Both the position numbers and the translations under genes were made by a program. The notes under the pieces are model-generated. The model worked only from the letters and a program-made list of their open reading frames with translations, did not search any database and was not told where the DNA came from. A DNA stretch of 17,350 nt from Paramoeba atlantica. Lineage: Eukaryota; Protista; Discosea. Shown piece after piece: positions 9,156 to 17,350 of the stretch. The stretch lies in NCBI GenBank assembly GCA_977017575.1, contig CDRNVI010000120.1:1-17350 (forward strand). The letters are read 5' to 3'. Each line of letters starts with the position of its first letter. Positions within the stretch are counted from its first letter, which is position 1.

Positions 9156-9746
9156 ATGTTATTAAAAAAAAATAGTAATAATTATGCTGTAAATTATATA
9201 TTAAATTTACTAATTAAATATATTTCGCATATAAAAATAACAGATGAATTTATTAAAATTAAATTAGTATCAAAAGATTATTTAGGTTTTGTTTTAAATA
9301 TTTTTAATAAGCATACTTTTTTAAGATATAAGGTAATAACTGATATTTGCTGTAGTGATTTTATTGATAGAGCTAAACGTTTTGAAATTGATTATAATTT
9401 ATTAAGTATAGATTATAATTCTAGATTAATTATTTCTGTATCTTGTGATAAATTAGATGTTATAAGATCTATTACTGATATTTATTTAGGTGCCGATTGG
9501 TTAGAACGTGAAGTTTGAGATATGTATGGTATTTTTTTCATGGGTCATAAAGATTTAAGACGTATATTAACCGATTATGGTTTTGAAGGTTATCCGTTTC
9601 GTAAAGATTTTCCTTTAAATGGTTATTTAGAAATAAGGTATGATGAAGATAAACAATATTTGATTTATGAGCCTATTGAATTAATGCAAAATATGAGATC
9701 ATATAGTTTTACTAATCCTTTATTAAATAAAAAATATATACTTTAA
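9156..9746 (+). CDS. nad9: NADH dehydrogenase subunit 9
   Basis: ADWLEREV(W=TGA 9516)[32 protein letters not shown] signature. Joins two ORF-track pieces. Confidence 0.98.
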
Positions 9747-9750
9747 AAAC

Positions 9751-10935
9751 GTGAATAAAATATTTAAAAAAATAAAAACTTTTACAATTAATTTTGGACC
9801 ACAGCATCCAGCAGCTCATGGAGTTTTAAGATTAATATTAGAATTAAATGGTGAAATTATAGAAAGAGCTGATCCTCATATAGGATTATTACATAGAGGT
9901 ACTGAAAAATTAATAGAATATAAGACTTTTATACAAGCTTTACCTTATTTTGATAGATTAGATTATGTATCTATGATGGCTCAAGAACATTGTTATTCAT
10001 TAGCTGTAGAAACTTTAAGTTCTACTAATGTACCTATAAGAGCAAAGATGATACGTATGATTTTTGGTGAAATAACTAGAATATTAAATCATATTTTAGG
10101 GTTAACTATACATGCGTTAGATGTTGGAGCGATGACACCTTTTTTATGACTTTTTGAAGAACGTGAAAAATTAATGGAATTTTACGAAAGGGTATCAGGT
10201 GCTAGAATGCATGCAGCATATATAAGACCAGGAGGTATTAGTCAAGATATACCTATGTCTTTTTGTGATGATTTATATAAATTTACACAAAATTTTATTA
10301 ACTCTTTAATGGAAATGGAAGAATTATTAAATAGAAATAGAATATGAAAGCAACGTTTAGTTGATGTAGGTATATTAGATTATAATCAAGCACAAACTTG
10401 AGGTTGTAGTGGAGTTATTTTAAGAGGATCTGGTATTCCTTGAGATATTAGAAAAAGTGAACCTTATGAATTATATAATGAAGTTGATTTTAAATCTTAT
10501 ATAGGAAATAAAGGTGATTGTTTTGATAGATTTTTAATTAGATTAAAAGAAATGCATGAGAGTTTAAAAATAATTTTACAACTTTTAAATAATTTAAAAG
10601 AAGGTCCTATTTCAAATTACAATAATAAATTAACTATACCTTCAAGATCATTAATGAAGTTTTCTATGGAATCTTTAATACATCATTTTAAATTATTTAC
10701 AGAAGGTGTTAATATACCTTTTAATGATGTTTATAGATCTATAGAAGCTCCTAAAGGGGAATTTGGTGTTTTTTTAGTTTCGGGAGGATTAAATAGACCG
10801 GTAAGATGTAAGATAAAAGCACCAGGGTTTAATCATTTACAATTATTAGATACATTATCAAAAGGACATATGATAGCCGACGTTGTTACTATTATAGGTA
10901 CTTTAGATATAGTTTTTGGGGAGGTTGATCGTTAA
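9751..10935 (+). CDS. nad7: NADH dehydrogenase subunit 7 (GTG start, 394 aa)
   Basis: [29 protein letters not shown](W)[31 protein letters not shown]. One frame once TGA=Trp. Confidence 0.98.
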
Positions 10936-10968
10936 TCAAATATTAATATAATATTAAATATTATATAT

Positions 10969-11424
10969 ATGCAAAAAAAATTAAATCGATTTTTTAATTT
11001 AAGAATTAATTCTAGAGGTGCCGCTTTTGAAAATTTAAATATAGGACCTAATTTAAGTCCTTATATGAATAGAGAGAAAATCAAAGAATTTTGTAATGAA
11101 TTTAATAAACAAACTTTTATATATAGATCGGAAGATTTATTAATATATGTTAGATTATTTTTATATACTGATAAATCATTTGTTTTTTTAATAAAAGGAC
11201 CTTCTTTTAGTACTTTATTAAAATTGGTTTGAAATATTATGAGTTTAACTAATAAAAATATTATGGAAAATTCAATTACATTAAGAAGTCTATATGATAT
11301 TGTTATATTGCGTAATTATTATTGATTTAAATTATATAATAATTTAAATCAAAATTGAATAAAATTGCGATTTAAAAATAGTTTTTTTTCTATATCAAAT
11401 TTACAAATTAATAAAATTATATAA
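10969..11424 (+). CDS. rpl11: Ribosomal protein L11 (151 aa)
   Basis: IGPNLSPY...KEFCNEFNKQT...VRLFLYTDKSFVFLIKGPS matches the L11 motifs GPALG...EFCKAFNAKT...VY.DRSFTF..KTP. Reads through three TGA codons to TAA 11424. Confidence 0.9.
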
Positions 11425-11430
11425 AAAAAT

Positions 11431-11811
11431 ATGAATAATAATATTATAGCTTTTTTTTATGTAAATCAATATAAATCGTTTAATAATTTTGAACAAATTT
11501 ATTTAAACATAATGAATTTATCTAATATTAATTTATTATATAAAATTTTTGTTAATATTAAATATTTTCTAATTATTAATAAGAAATATTTTAAAGATTA
11601 TTTTACTAATCTTTTAAATAATGATGAATTATTATTTTTATGATATAAAAATAAATTATATAGTAAAGGAACTTTAGAACAAATAAATAATAGTTTGTTA
11701 TTAAATTTAAATAAAAAGTATTATTTATTTAATGAATTAATGAAATTCAATTATGAAAAAAAAATTATTAATACGTTAATAATATTTAAATATAAATTAT
11801 GGCTTCGTTAA
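11431..11811 (+). CDS. 126-aa ORF, candidate divergent ribosomal protein L10
   Basis: Open to TAA 11811 with TGA 11641=Trp, overlapping the rps12 start by 13 nt. Occupies the rpl10 slot of the ancestral rpl11-rpl1-rpl10...rps12-rps7 order. Sequence support is weak. Confidence 0.45.
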
Positions 11812-12209
11812 ATCAATTAATAAGAAATAAAGGCAGAGTAAAAAAAAAAAGACGTACAAAAGTTCTTTTGTTAGATTCTTGTCCACAAAAAAGAGGTGTT
11901 TGTATTGAAATTAGAAATAGTGTTAGTCCAAAGAAACCAAATTCCGCTAAAAGAAAAGTAGCAAAAATAAGGTTATCAACAGGTAAAAAATTAATAGCAG
12001 TTATACCAGGTCAAGGTCATAATTTACAAAAATATTCAGTTGTTATGATTAGAGGAGGACGTGCTAGAGATATTCCAGGTGTACGTTATAAATTGATAAA
12101 AGGAAAATATGATTTTAGTAATTGAGAACGTGAAGAACGAAATAAAAGTCGTTCTAAATATGGTTTGAAAAAAAAAAAGAAGGAAGGAAAGATTTTAAAA
12201 GATGAATAA
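11799..12209 (+). CDS. rps12: Ribosomal protein S12 (136 aa)
   Basis: [45 protein letters not shown]. Reads through TGA 12123. Confidence 0.98.
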
Positions 12210-12621
12210 TTGAATAAAATATTTAATACAATTATTAATAAGAAAAGGAAAAAAACAACGAATTATATTAAGTTTAGAGAAAATTTTTATTAATATAAAA
12301 AAAATATATGGTTGTTTAAATACTTTTTTTAAACAAATAGAAACTAATATATTCATTAGAATGTTTTGTTATATTAAAAAAGTAGGAGGTAAAAAATTAT
12401 TAATACCACATATTTTAAAATCAAAAGATTCTATACCATATTCTGTTAAATTAATAGTTAGATCTATTAATTCTAGAACTGAGCGAAAATTTCAAGAACG
12501 TATTCAAAATGAATTAATAGATGTATATAATAATAAAGGTTTATCTATAAAAAAAAAAAATGATATGTATAGATTAATAGAAGCAAATTATACTAATATT
12601 AGATTTAAAAGAAAAAAATAA
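12202..12621 (+). CDS. rps7: Ribosomal protein S7 (139 aa)
   Basis: ATG overlaps the rps12 end by 8 nt. LIRKGKK, KKVGGKKLLIP, NELID..NNKG..IKKK...EAN motifs. Confidence 0.92.
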
Positions 12622-12624
12622 TAT

Positions 12625-13080
12625 ATGTTAAAAAGGAAAAAACAGTCAAAAACAATAAAATATTTAACATTTGGTTTAAAAAATTATGCAGGAGTTAATA
12701 ATATGGGTCATAAAACAGTTAAATCAAAGGGAACTAGAGTTAAAAAGAAATATAGATTAATTGATTTTTTTAGAACTTACGTTGATATACCTGTAATGGT
12801 ATTAAGAATTGAGTATGATCCTAATAGATCTGCAAATATAGCTTTAATATGTTATAAAAATGGATTTTTATCTTATATTTTAGCAGCCGAAGGTTTGAAA
12901 GAAGGTATGGTTTTAAATTCAGTAGATAAAATTGTTGGTTCTACATATCCTTTAGTAAATATAAAATTTGGTTCTTTTATATCTTGTATGGAATTAAAAA
13001 AAAAAAAAGGAAGTAAAGTAGCTAGATCTGCAGGTTCTTTTTGTTTATTAATATCACAAATAAATGAAAATTATTATTAT
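12625..13080 (+). CDS. rpl2: Ribosomal protein L2, truncated at ~152 aa by the junction
   Basis: KKYRLIDF, RIEYDPNRSANIALI, SYILA.EG, VARSAGS are present. The conserved C-terminal half (GKAGR, RGVAMNPVDHPHGGG) is absent. Confidence 0.95.
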
Positions 13081-13090
13081 TGCGTTAACC
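13075..13090. other. Junction between mitochondrial and bacterial-type DNA
   Basis: rpl2 homology stops, composition changes abruptly, and genes to the right use TGA as stop and have Shine-Dalgarno sites. Confidence 0.9.
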
Positions 13091-13321
13091 AATGATGAAA
13101 TTCATTTTATCATTGAGCTGTGTACTCATGAGTTAGATATTGATACGAAACTCAAGTTAGAGTTTGCACGCACTTGGAAAGATAACAGCGTTACTATTTC
13201 AATGACACCCGCAGAATTGCACGCTTTGGTTGAACTACTATTGCGAAAAGCAGAACATGCCAACGAGGATGTAAGAGACTGGGCAGAGGATATTGCTACC
13301 TGGCTCACAGAGCAGACTTAG
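13081..13321 (+). CDS. Hypothetical bacterial-type protein (~80 aa, acidic, helical); native 5' end probably lost at the junction
   Basis: ...ALTNDEIHFIIELC...RDWAEDIATWLTEQT-TAG reads from the + strand (track label is wrong). Its ATG at 13064 lies in rpl2 sequence. Confidence 0.6.
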
Positions 13322-13410
13322 TAAACAACGTGAGCTGATGATGCATTGATTATACGTATCGCTTAGGGCGTGTTAATCGTGGTAATGTGTATTTGTATAC
13401 TGGCGTAATA

Positions 13411-13680
13411 CTACCTGTTTGCCCCAAAATAATACCCAATGATTAACGCTACTAATGGCAAAATACCCATCTTGATAATTTCAAACAACACTTGGATTTT
13501 AAAAATAACGCCACCGACAAGACACAACAAAAATGCCACGAATGTGAAAAACAAAATTTGCTTAGCAAACTTAAGGATATCCTGTTCAGTAACAGGGTAT
13601 TCTTTTGGATCGGGTATGTAATCTTCGCTGTAGTGCAGATTATTATCCCGTTGGGAACTCAATTCGGTATTCTTTTCCAT
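13411..13680 (-). CDS. Small two-TM membrane protein (89 aa) ending IIGYYFGANR
   Basis: ATG 13680 (MEKNTELSS...), overlapping the RHH gene end by 38 nt. Hydrophobic stretches ILFFTFVAFLLCLVGGVIF and VLFEIIKMGILPLVALIIGYYFG. The track's longer start at 13827 overlaps most of the RHH gene. Confidence 0.7.
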   Translation of the reverse strand: MEKNTELSSQRDNNLHYSEDYIPDPKEYPVTEQDILKFAKQILFFTFVAFLLCLVGGVIFKIQVLFEIIKMGILPLVALIIGYYFGANR

Positions 13681-13861
13681 CTTTATCGTGCACTCGCAAT
13701 TCCTTACCGGCTTTTTGATCATCCAGTAACTTTGAAAACAATGAAATTGCCCATCTAGCTGCTGTGGAATTATCCGGTAACAATAGACTTTCACGTACAT
13801 TAGCCAATCGCTTTGCCGTTTCTTCATTCATCGTAAGATGCATGGATACTTTTTCACTCAT
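13643..13861 (-). CDS. Ribbon-helix-helix (CopG/Arc/MetJ-like) DNA-binding protein, 72 aa
   Basis: Alternating beta strand VSMHLTM, helix NEETAKRLANVRESL, turn, helix NSTAARWAISLF. SD GAGGT 9 nt upstream of the ATG. Confidence 0.75.
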   Translation of the reverse strand: MSEKVSMHLTMNEETAKRLANVRESLLLPDNSTAARWAISLFSKLLDDQKAGKELRVHDKDGKEYRIEFPTG

Positions 13862-13914
13862 AAGTCGTTTACCTCATTTACTTCTCACGTATACGCACCA
13901 TCTACATGACAAGT

Positions 13915-13950
13915 ATCTTATCTGTATAAGGTAAGTATATCAAATATACT
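13915..13950 (-). promoter_or_regulatory. Sigma70-type promoter with an overlapping palindromic operator
   Basis: Minus strand TTGATA (13943-13938), 17 bp, TAAGAT (13920-13915). AGTATAT-CAA-ATATACT (13934-13950) covers the -35 box. Confidence 0.6.
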
Positions 13951-13965
13951 CAGCTTATCAACTAG

Positions 13966-14220
13966 CTTAATGGCCATGCAGCAATTCCCGCTGGAAATTA
14001 GAATAACTGTTTAATACTGTAAATAATCATGAAAAATAGTTTACGAAAAATATATTAACATCATGTATTTGTAGAAAATCAAAAAACTTGATCTTTCTTA
14101 CAAGTACATATGGTTACATAAACACCCTCTGAAATTTTCGTAAACTTTTTTTAGCATTATCTTACAATTTTAATAAATTATGTCATTTTCCAGCGGGAAT
14201 AGCTGATGGCCATGATTAAG
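13966..14220. repeat. ~250-bp degenerate palindrome (nested inverted repeats)
   Basis: Outer arms 13971-13997/14187-14212 (one mismatch plus one indel); inner perfect 12-mer 14038-14049/14135-14146; central ATCAA-AAAC-TTGAT at 14078-14091. Confidence 0.8.
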
Positions 14221-14347
14221 AAAACTAAAAAAATCAGAGCCTTAGCAGATAAAAAGCATGGGGCGAGATTGAGCCACCTTTGGGACACCTAACAACCTTT
14301 ATCAATGTGATTCTGGCAGCTACCTCACCCCATGAAACCTTCTTACT

Positions 14348-14722
14348 TCACTTTCCTTCATACAGCCTCTCTTTCCAGCCAAGTGATAAACGCAACCCCA
14401 ATGCGCTGGTGATTTTGATCAGTATCAATAATCTCGGATTACGATGTTTAGCAAAAATGTCGTACAAATTGCGTCGGCTGATGCCTGTTAGCTTGGACAG
14501 CTGGGTGATACCGTGGATGTCGGCAATTTCTTTTAACGCCAACAACAAGACCTGTGCCTCTTCTTTTTCTGACTTCAGTGTACAATCCGGTAGTGTCTCA
14601 AAGTTGTTGTTGGTTGCTAGCTTATCGAATTTCTTCCTACAAAAACAAGTTACAACTTAAGGTGATTGAGCGAGAACAACAACTTTGAGACACTACCTAC
14701 AATCCATCTGGTTATGACACAT
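14348..14722 (-). pseudogene. XRE-type HTH addiction-module antidote-like gene (85 aa when repaired), interrupted by a MITE
   Basis: LLLALKEIADIHGITQLSKLTGISRRNLYDIF...NPRL..LIKITSALGLRL fits the HI1420-like pattern (A.ARGM.Q.A...GLSRE.LY....GNP.F.T..K...ALG..L). Removing the MITE plus one TSD restores ATG 14722: MCHNQMDCTLKSEKEEAQVLLL... Confidence 0.78.
14589..14697. mobile_element. 109-bp non-autonomous element (MITE), IS6-family-like ends
   Basis: Perfect 23-bp TIRs GGTAGTGTCTCAAAGTTGTTGTT (14589-14611 and 14675-14697), flanked by the 8-bp direct repeat TACAATCC (14581-14588 and 14698-14705). Confidence 0.9.
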
Positions 14723-14985
14723 CACACAATTCTCGTTTTCTTGTAATCAGGAATATCCTGCGGTGTTAAGTCATCACACAACCGAGACGCCTCTGCTAGC
14801 ATATCCGTTAAGCCACATAACACATCAAATAACTCTTGTTCTTTCACGTCTTTAGACTTAACTGTAATGTTAGCCATGCTCTTCATTTGGCAAAGCTTGG
14901 CGCACAGTGCTTCATACGGGCTGCGATAATTATCATCACCGCTCTTTTCGGATTTGTTGGAATTTGGTAAAGTTGGCTTAGTCAT
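14722..14985 (-). CDS. Hypothetical helical protein, 87 aa (MTKPTLPNSNKS...RIV)
   Basis: Strong SD GGAGG upstream of ATG 14985. Its TGA overlaps the next ATG (TGATG). The track's 156-aa version adds a non-coding-looking leader. Confidence 0.75.
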   Translation of the reverse strand: MTKPTLPNSNKSEKSGDDNYRSPYEALCAKLCQMKSMANITVKSKDVKEQELFDVLCGLTDMLAEASRLCDDLTPQDIPDYKKTRIV

Positions 14986-15023
14986 ACCGTTTAACCTCCA
15001 GTTAAATTTAAGGTTATGATTAG

Positions 15024-15142
15024 CCGCAGGAAGGTGGTCGTAACACGTTTCTGCGGTGCTTGTGTGGCAACGCCCACACGCTGTTTTCTTGCTTGGTAAC
15101 AACATGCCGATAACGCTGCCACATAGCGATACTTGCTCTGTG
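15024..15142 (-). promoter_or_regulatory. Three-hairpin structured leader upstream of the 14985 gene
   Basis: Stems CCGCAG/CTGCGG (15024-15056), GTGTGG/CCACAC (15062-15079) and CACATAGC/GCTCTGTG (15120-15142, one mismatch). Confidence 0.45.
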
Positions 15143-15730
15143 TGAGGGTAATAGCAACTTGGGAATGGCAATAAGAACGGGTATTGCCCCAAGGAGCGCT
15201 AACATTGCGCTGATGAGTGCATTGTGCTGCAAAATAAGGGCTATTACTGCCCTAATGAACTAGGACAACCATTCCAAATGCTTGTATTGAATAGCAACAA
15301 CAAATGCCAGTTAACTTGCCTGCAGTGCTACCAATCTACTTTGAAATGACGTGAAAAATAATTGGCGCAACAAAAACGTTATAGCGACTCTGTGTGCAAC
15401 AAACTCGATGTCAGTGCTACGTTGCCCTTAGTGCTCTTGAGTAAACGTAGCTAATGGCTTTTATGGAGATCTCAACAACATAAACAACACATGGCCTACA
15501 CTGCCTTATGAAAAACCTGCACAAAACCCCTAAAAAAACTTGATAAAACATCATCAAAAGAGCATAACGGTTGATGCCTAAAAATCACTGCTAACACAAG
15601 CCATTACCTCTGTATTTCTCTCTATTCCTGAGTCTGTAAACGTCCTTTATTAATTCTCTTAGCAAAATAACGCTTAACGCTTTGTTACTCATGGGCTTTT
15701 GCCTGTATTTCAAGTTTAGAGACACAACAT

Positions 15731-15778
15731 ATTATTTTAATAATAATAGTAATACTATTAAAAAATAATAATAAAAAA
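15731..15778. other. Near-pure AT tract centred on the palindrome TAATAGTA-A-TACTATTA (15744-15760)
   Basis: About 48 bp with only 2 G/C bases, in a GC-richer non-coding region. Confidence 0.55.
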
Positions 15779-17008
15779 GAGTAAACGAAGTAAAACAAGT
15801 GATACTCGAAATGGTAATACGTGTAAAACGATTACAAGTGTATTGTAAGACAATGTTAGCCTAGAATACGTGATAAAAACGAATTAGACTACGATCGTGA
15901 ATGATAGATGAGTTATCAGGGTTACTCGTGTTAGGTATATTATTTTCACAGGTGTAAAGAAATAAAAGTGCTAAAAATAATATTGCGCCGCGCCGCACCT
16001 GCAAACACGCAGATTCGTGACAAGAATAAAAACCAATGCGTAATTGATTTTAAATGTCGCGTATAACGGCCATACAAGATCGCTGCGCGCATTTCTACAC
16101 GCAAGGCATAGGGTATAGTGGCTCTTCAGGTTAAATCGTTGCTTAAATCGCTTTAATTTCACTTTGACGTTTAAATCATTTTTTCGTGCAAATGGAGTAA
16201 GCATTCACGCACACAAGCAATGCTATCGTACTCGCTTGACTCAGCACGTAATGGATCCACGCAAGAGCATGTGAGTGATCCACTTGCAACAGCGTGTAAC
16301 AAATCCACTTCGAGTACACGTTAAGCCATCGCGTTACCCACTTTGCTTTTGCGTTAACTGCATTTGCAAATCGCTAACACACCACCACTTCAGCAAGCCA
16401 CCTTCAATGCATAAAATCCCTGTTCTTTTAGTGTCAATACTAGGTATAGACTTAATCCAAACTTGCTAAAAATACACTAAGATAATTTTTTATACACTGC
16501 TTTCGTTACAAAACAAACACGTTAGCGTGCAACATCTTTTTTGCAACAAAAACGCGAAATTGTGATAGACTTTTCGCTACAGTCAGACGTGATTTACACA
16601 ACAGCGAATGCAAGTAACATGACTGACGAGTAGCGTTAACACAACGACGGTTAATTAAAACAACCAGCATTGTGTTAACGACGTAACGGTTGTAAACGTG
16701 TTAAGCACTACGCATAGACTCAACACAAACGTTGACACTGTTTGCAGAAGGTAGCGTTAAGCACACTGTTCATCGTTACCAGCTTAAACGACGTTACCGT
16801 ACAACAACTTTTTTGTAGTCACGGTAACAACACAGGATGGTAGAACAGCTTAACTGGGAGCTTCGAGACATAGAGAAACAGGAAACAGTCTAATACGAAT
16901 AGACGCTTAAACATTCTAGACAATCAAACACCTATGGTTCCTTCCTGGGGCTAAAACGCATTCGGGCACACGCGGCGCAAAATTTCGCTAGCGTCAGAGC
17001 AAAAAAAA

Positions 17009-17344
17009 GGGTTCGCAGTTCGCACCCTCATCATACAAAAACCTAATAAAATCAAATGCTTAACTCACAAAATTCACCATAAATGCGCTAATCTGGGTTT
17101 GCACCAAATTATGTTTAACTCATTGAATTTTTAGGATTTTTTATGAAAAAATGGACTGCAAACCTAAAACGCAACCAAGTTTGCGCCTATTCTAGGTTAA
17201 CCTATTGAATCTTAAAGAATATTTCTGAAAAAACCCCTGCAAACCCCTCAATCAACAGGGTTTGCACTCAATTTAGCTAACCCATTGAATTTACAGCTTT
17301 TTACCTAATTCTCAGTGCAACCCCCCATCTGACAGGGTTTGCAC
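17009..17344. repeat. Degenerate ~80-bp tandem repeat, 4-5 units, running to the window edge
   Basis: GGGTTTGCAC-like boxes at 17009, 17095, 17177, 17258, 17335; TAACYYATTGAAT at 17116, 17198, 17278; inverted TGCAA(A)CC boxes at 17157, 17238, 17316. Confidence 0.82.
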
Positions 17345-17350
17345 GTTCGC

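Noticed and set aside
13126-13758. Track ORFs 13126-13308, 13439-13621 and 13492-13758
   Set aside because: Antisense shadows of better-supported genes. The last two read from the + strand despite the minus label.
7824-14629. Shared 11-mer AGCTTATCGAA in the 5S candidate loop (7824-7834) and the MITE interior (14619-14629)
   Set aside because: One 11-nt match in 17 kb of AT-rich sequence is plausible by chance, and the flanks do not match.
14280-14660. 126-aa track ORF
   Set aside because: A + strand shadow of the HTH gene and MITE, with a TTG start and no recognisable features.
14986-15232. Track ORF 15020-15232 and the N-terminal extension of 14722-15192
   Set aside because: TTG starts without a clear SD, overlapping the hairpin leader. 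The strong SD points to ATG 14985.
15591-16469. ORFs 15591-15692 (-, 33 aa), 15971-16204 (-) and 16275-16469 (+)
   Set aside because: Short, weak or no SD, no recognisable motifs. They cannot be supported without homology searches.
17009-17344. CRISPR array
   Set aside because: Units are degenerate, conserved boxes are spread across each unit rather than forming identical repeats with unique spacers, and no cas gene is seen.

Overview
The window joins two unrelated sequences. Bases 1 to ~13080 are a compact, very AT-rich, intron-free protist mitochondrial genome with all genes on the + strand, using UGA=Trp and encoding tRNA-Trp(UCA). It holds the 3' part of cox1, 19 tRNAs, atp9, rnl, rns, a possible divergent 5S rRNA, rps11, an unassigned ORF, nad9, nad7 and rpl11-(rpl10?)-rps12-rps7-rpl2. 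Fourteen of the 19 tRNAs have acceptor-stem mismatches at pairs 1-3, the signature of Acanthamoeba-type 5' tRNA editing. Gene content, order, code and editing best fit an amoebozoan (inference). At ~13080 rpl2 is cut mid-gene and the sequence switches to bacterial mobile-element-like DNA (standard code, Shine-Dalgarno sites, higher GC by eye). This part carries a promoter/operator plus RHH plus 2-TM protein operon, a ~250-bp degenerate palindrome, an HTH antitoxin-like gene split by a 109-bp IS6-like MITE (23-bp TIRs, 8-bp TSD), a hairpin-rich leader and ~80-bp repeats. The junction is most simply an assembly or read chimera, but a real insertion cannot be excluded from sequence alone. Note that the supplied ORF track treats TGA as stop and so fragments the mitochondrial genes. 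Four of its ORFs labelled minus (13064, 13439, 13492, 14280) actually translate from the + strand. All coordinates and pairings were read by hand.
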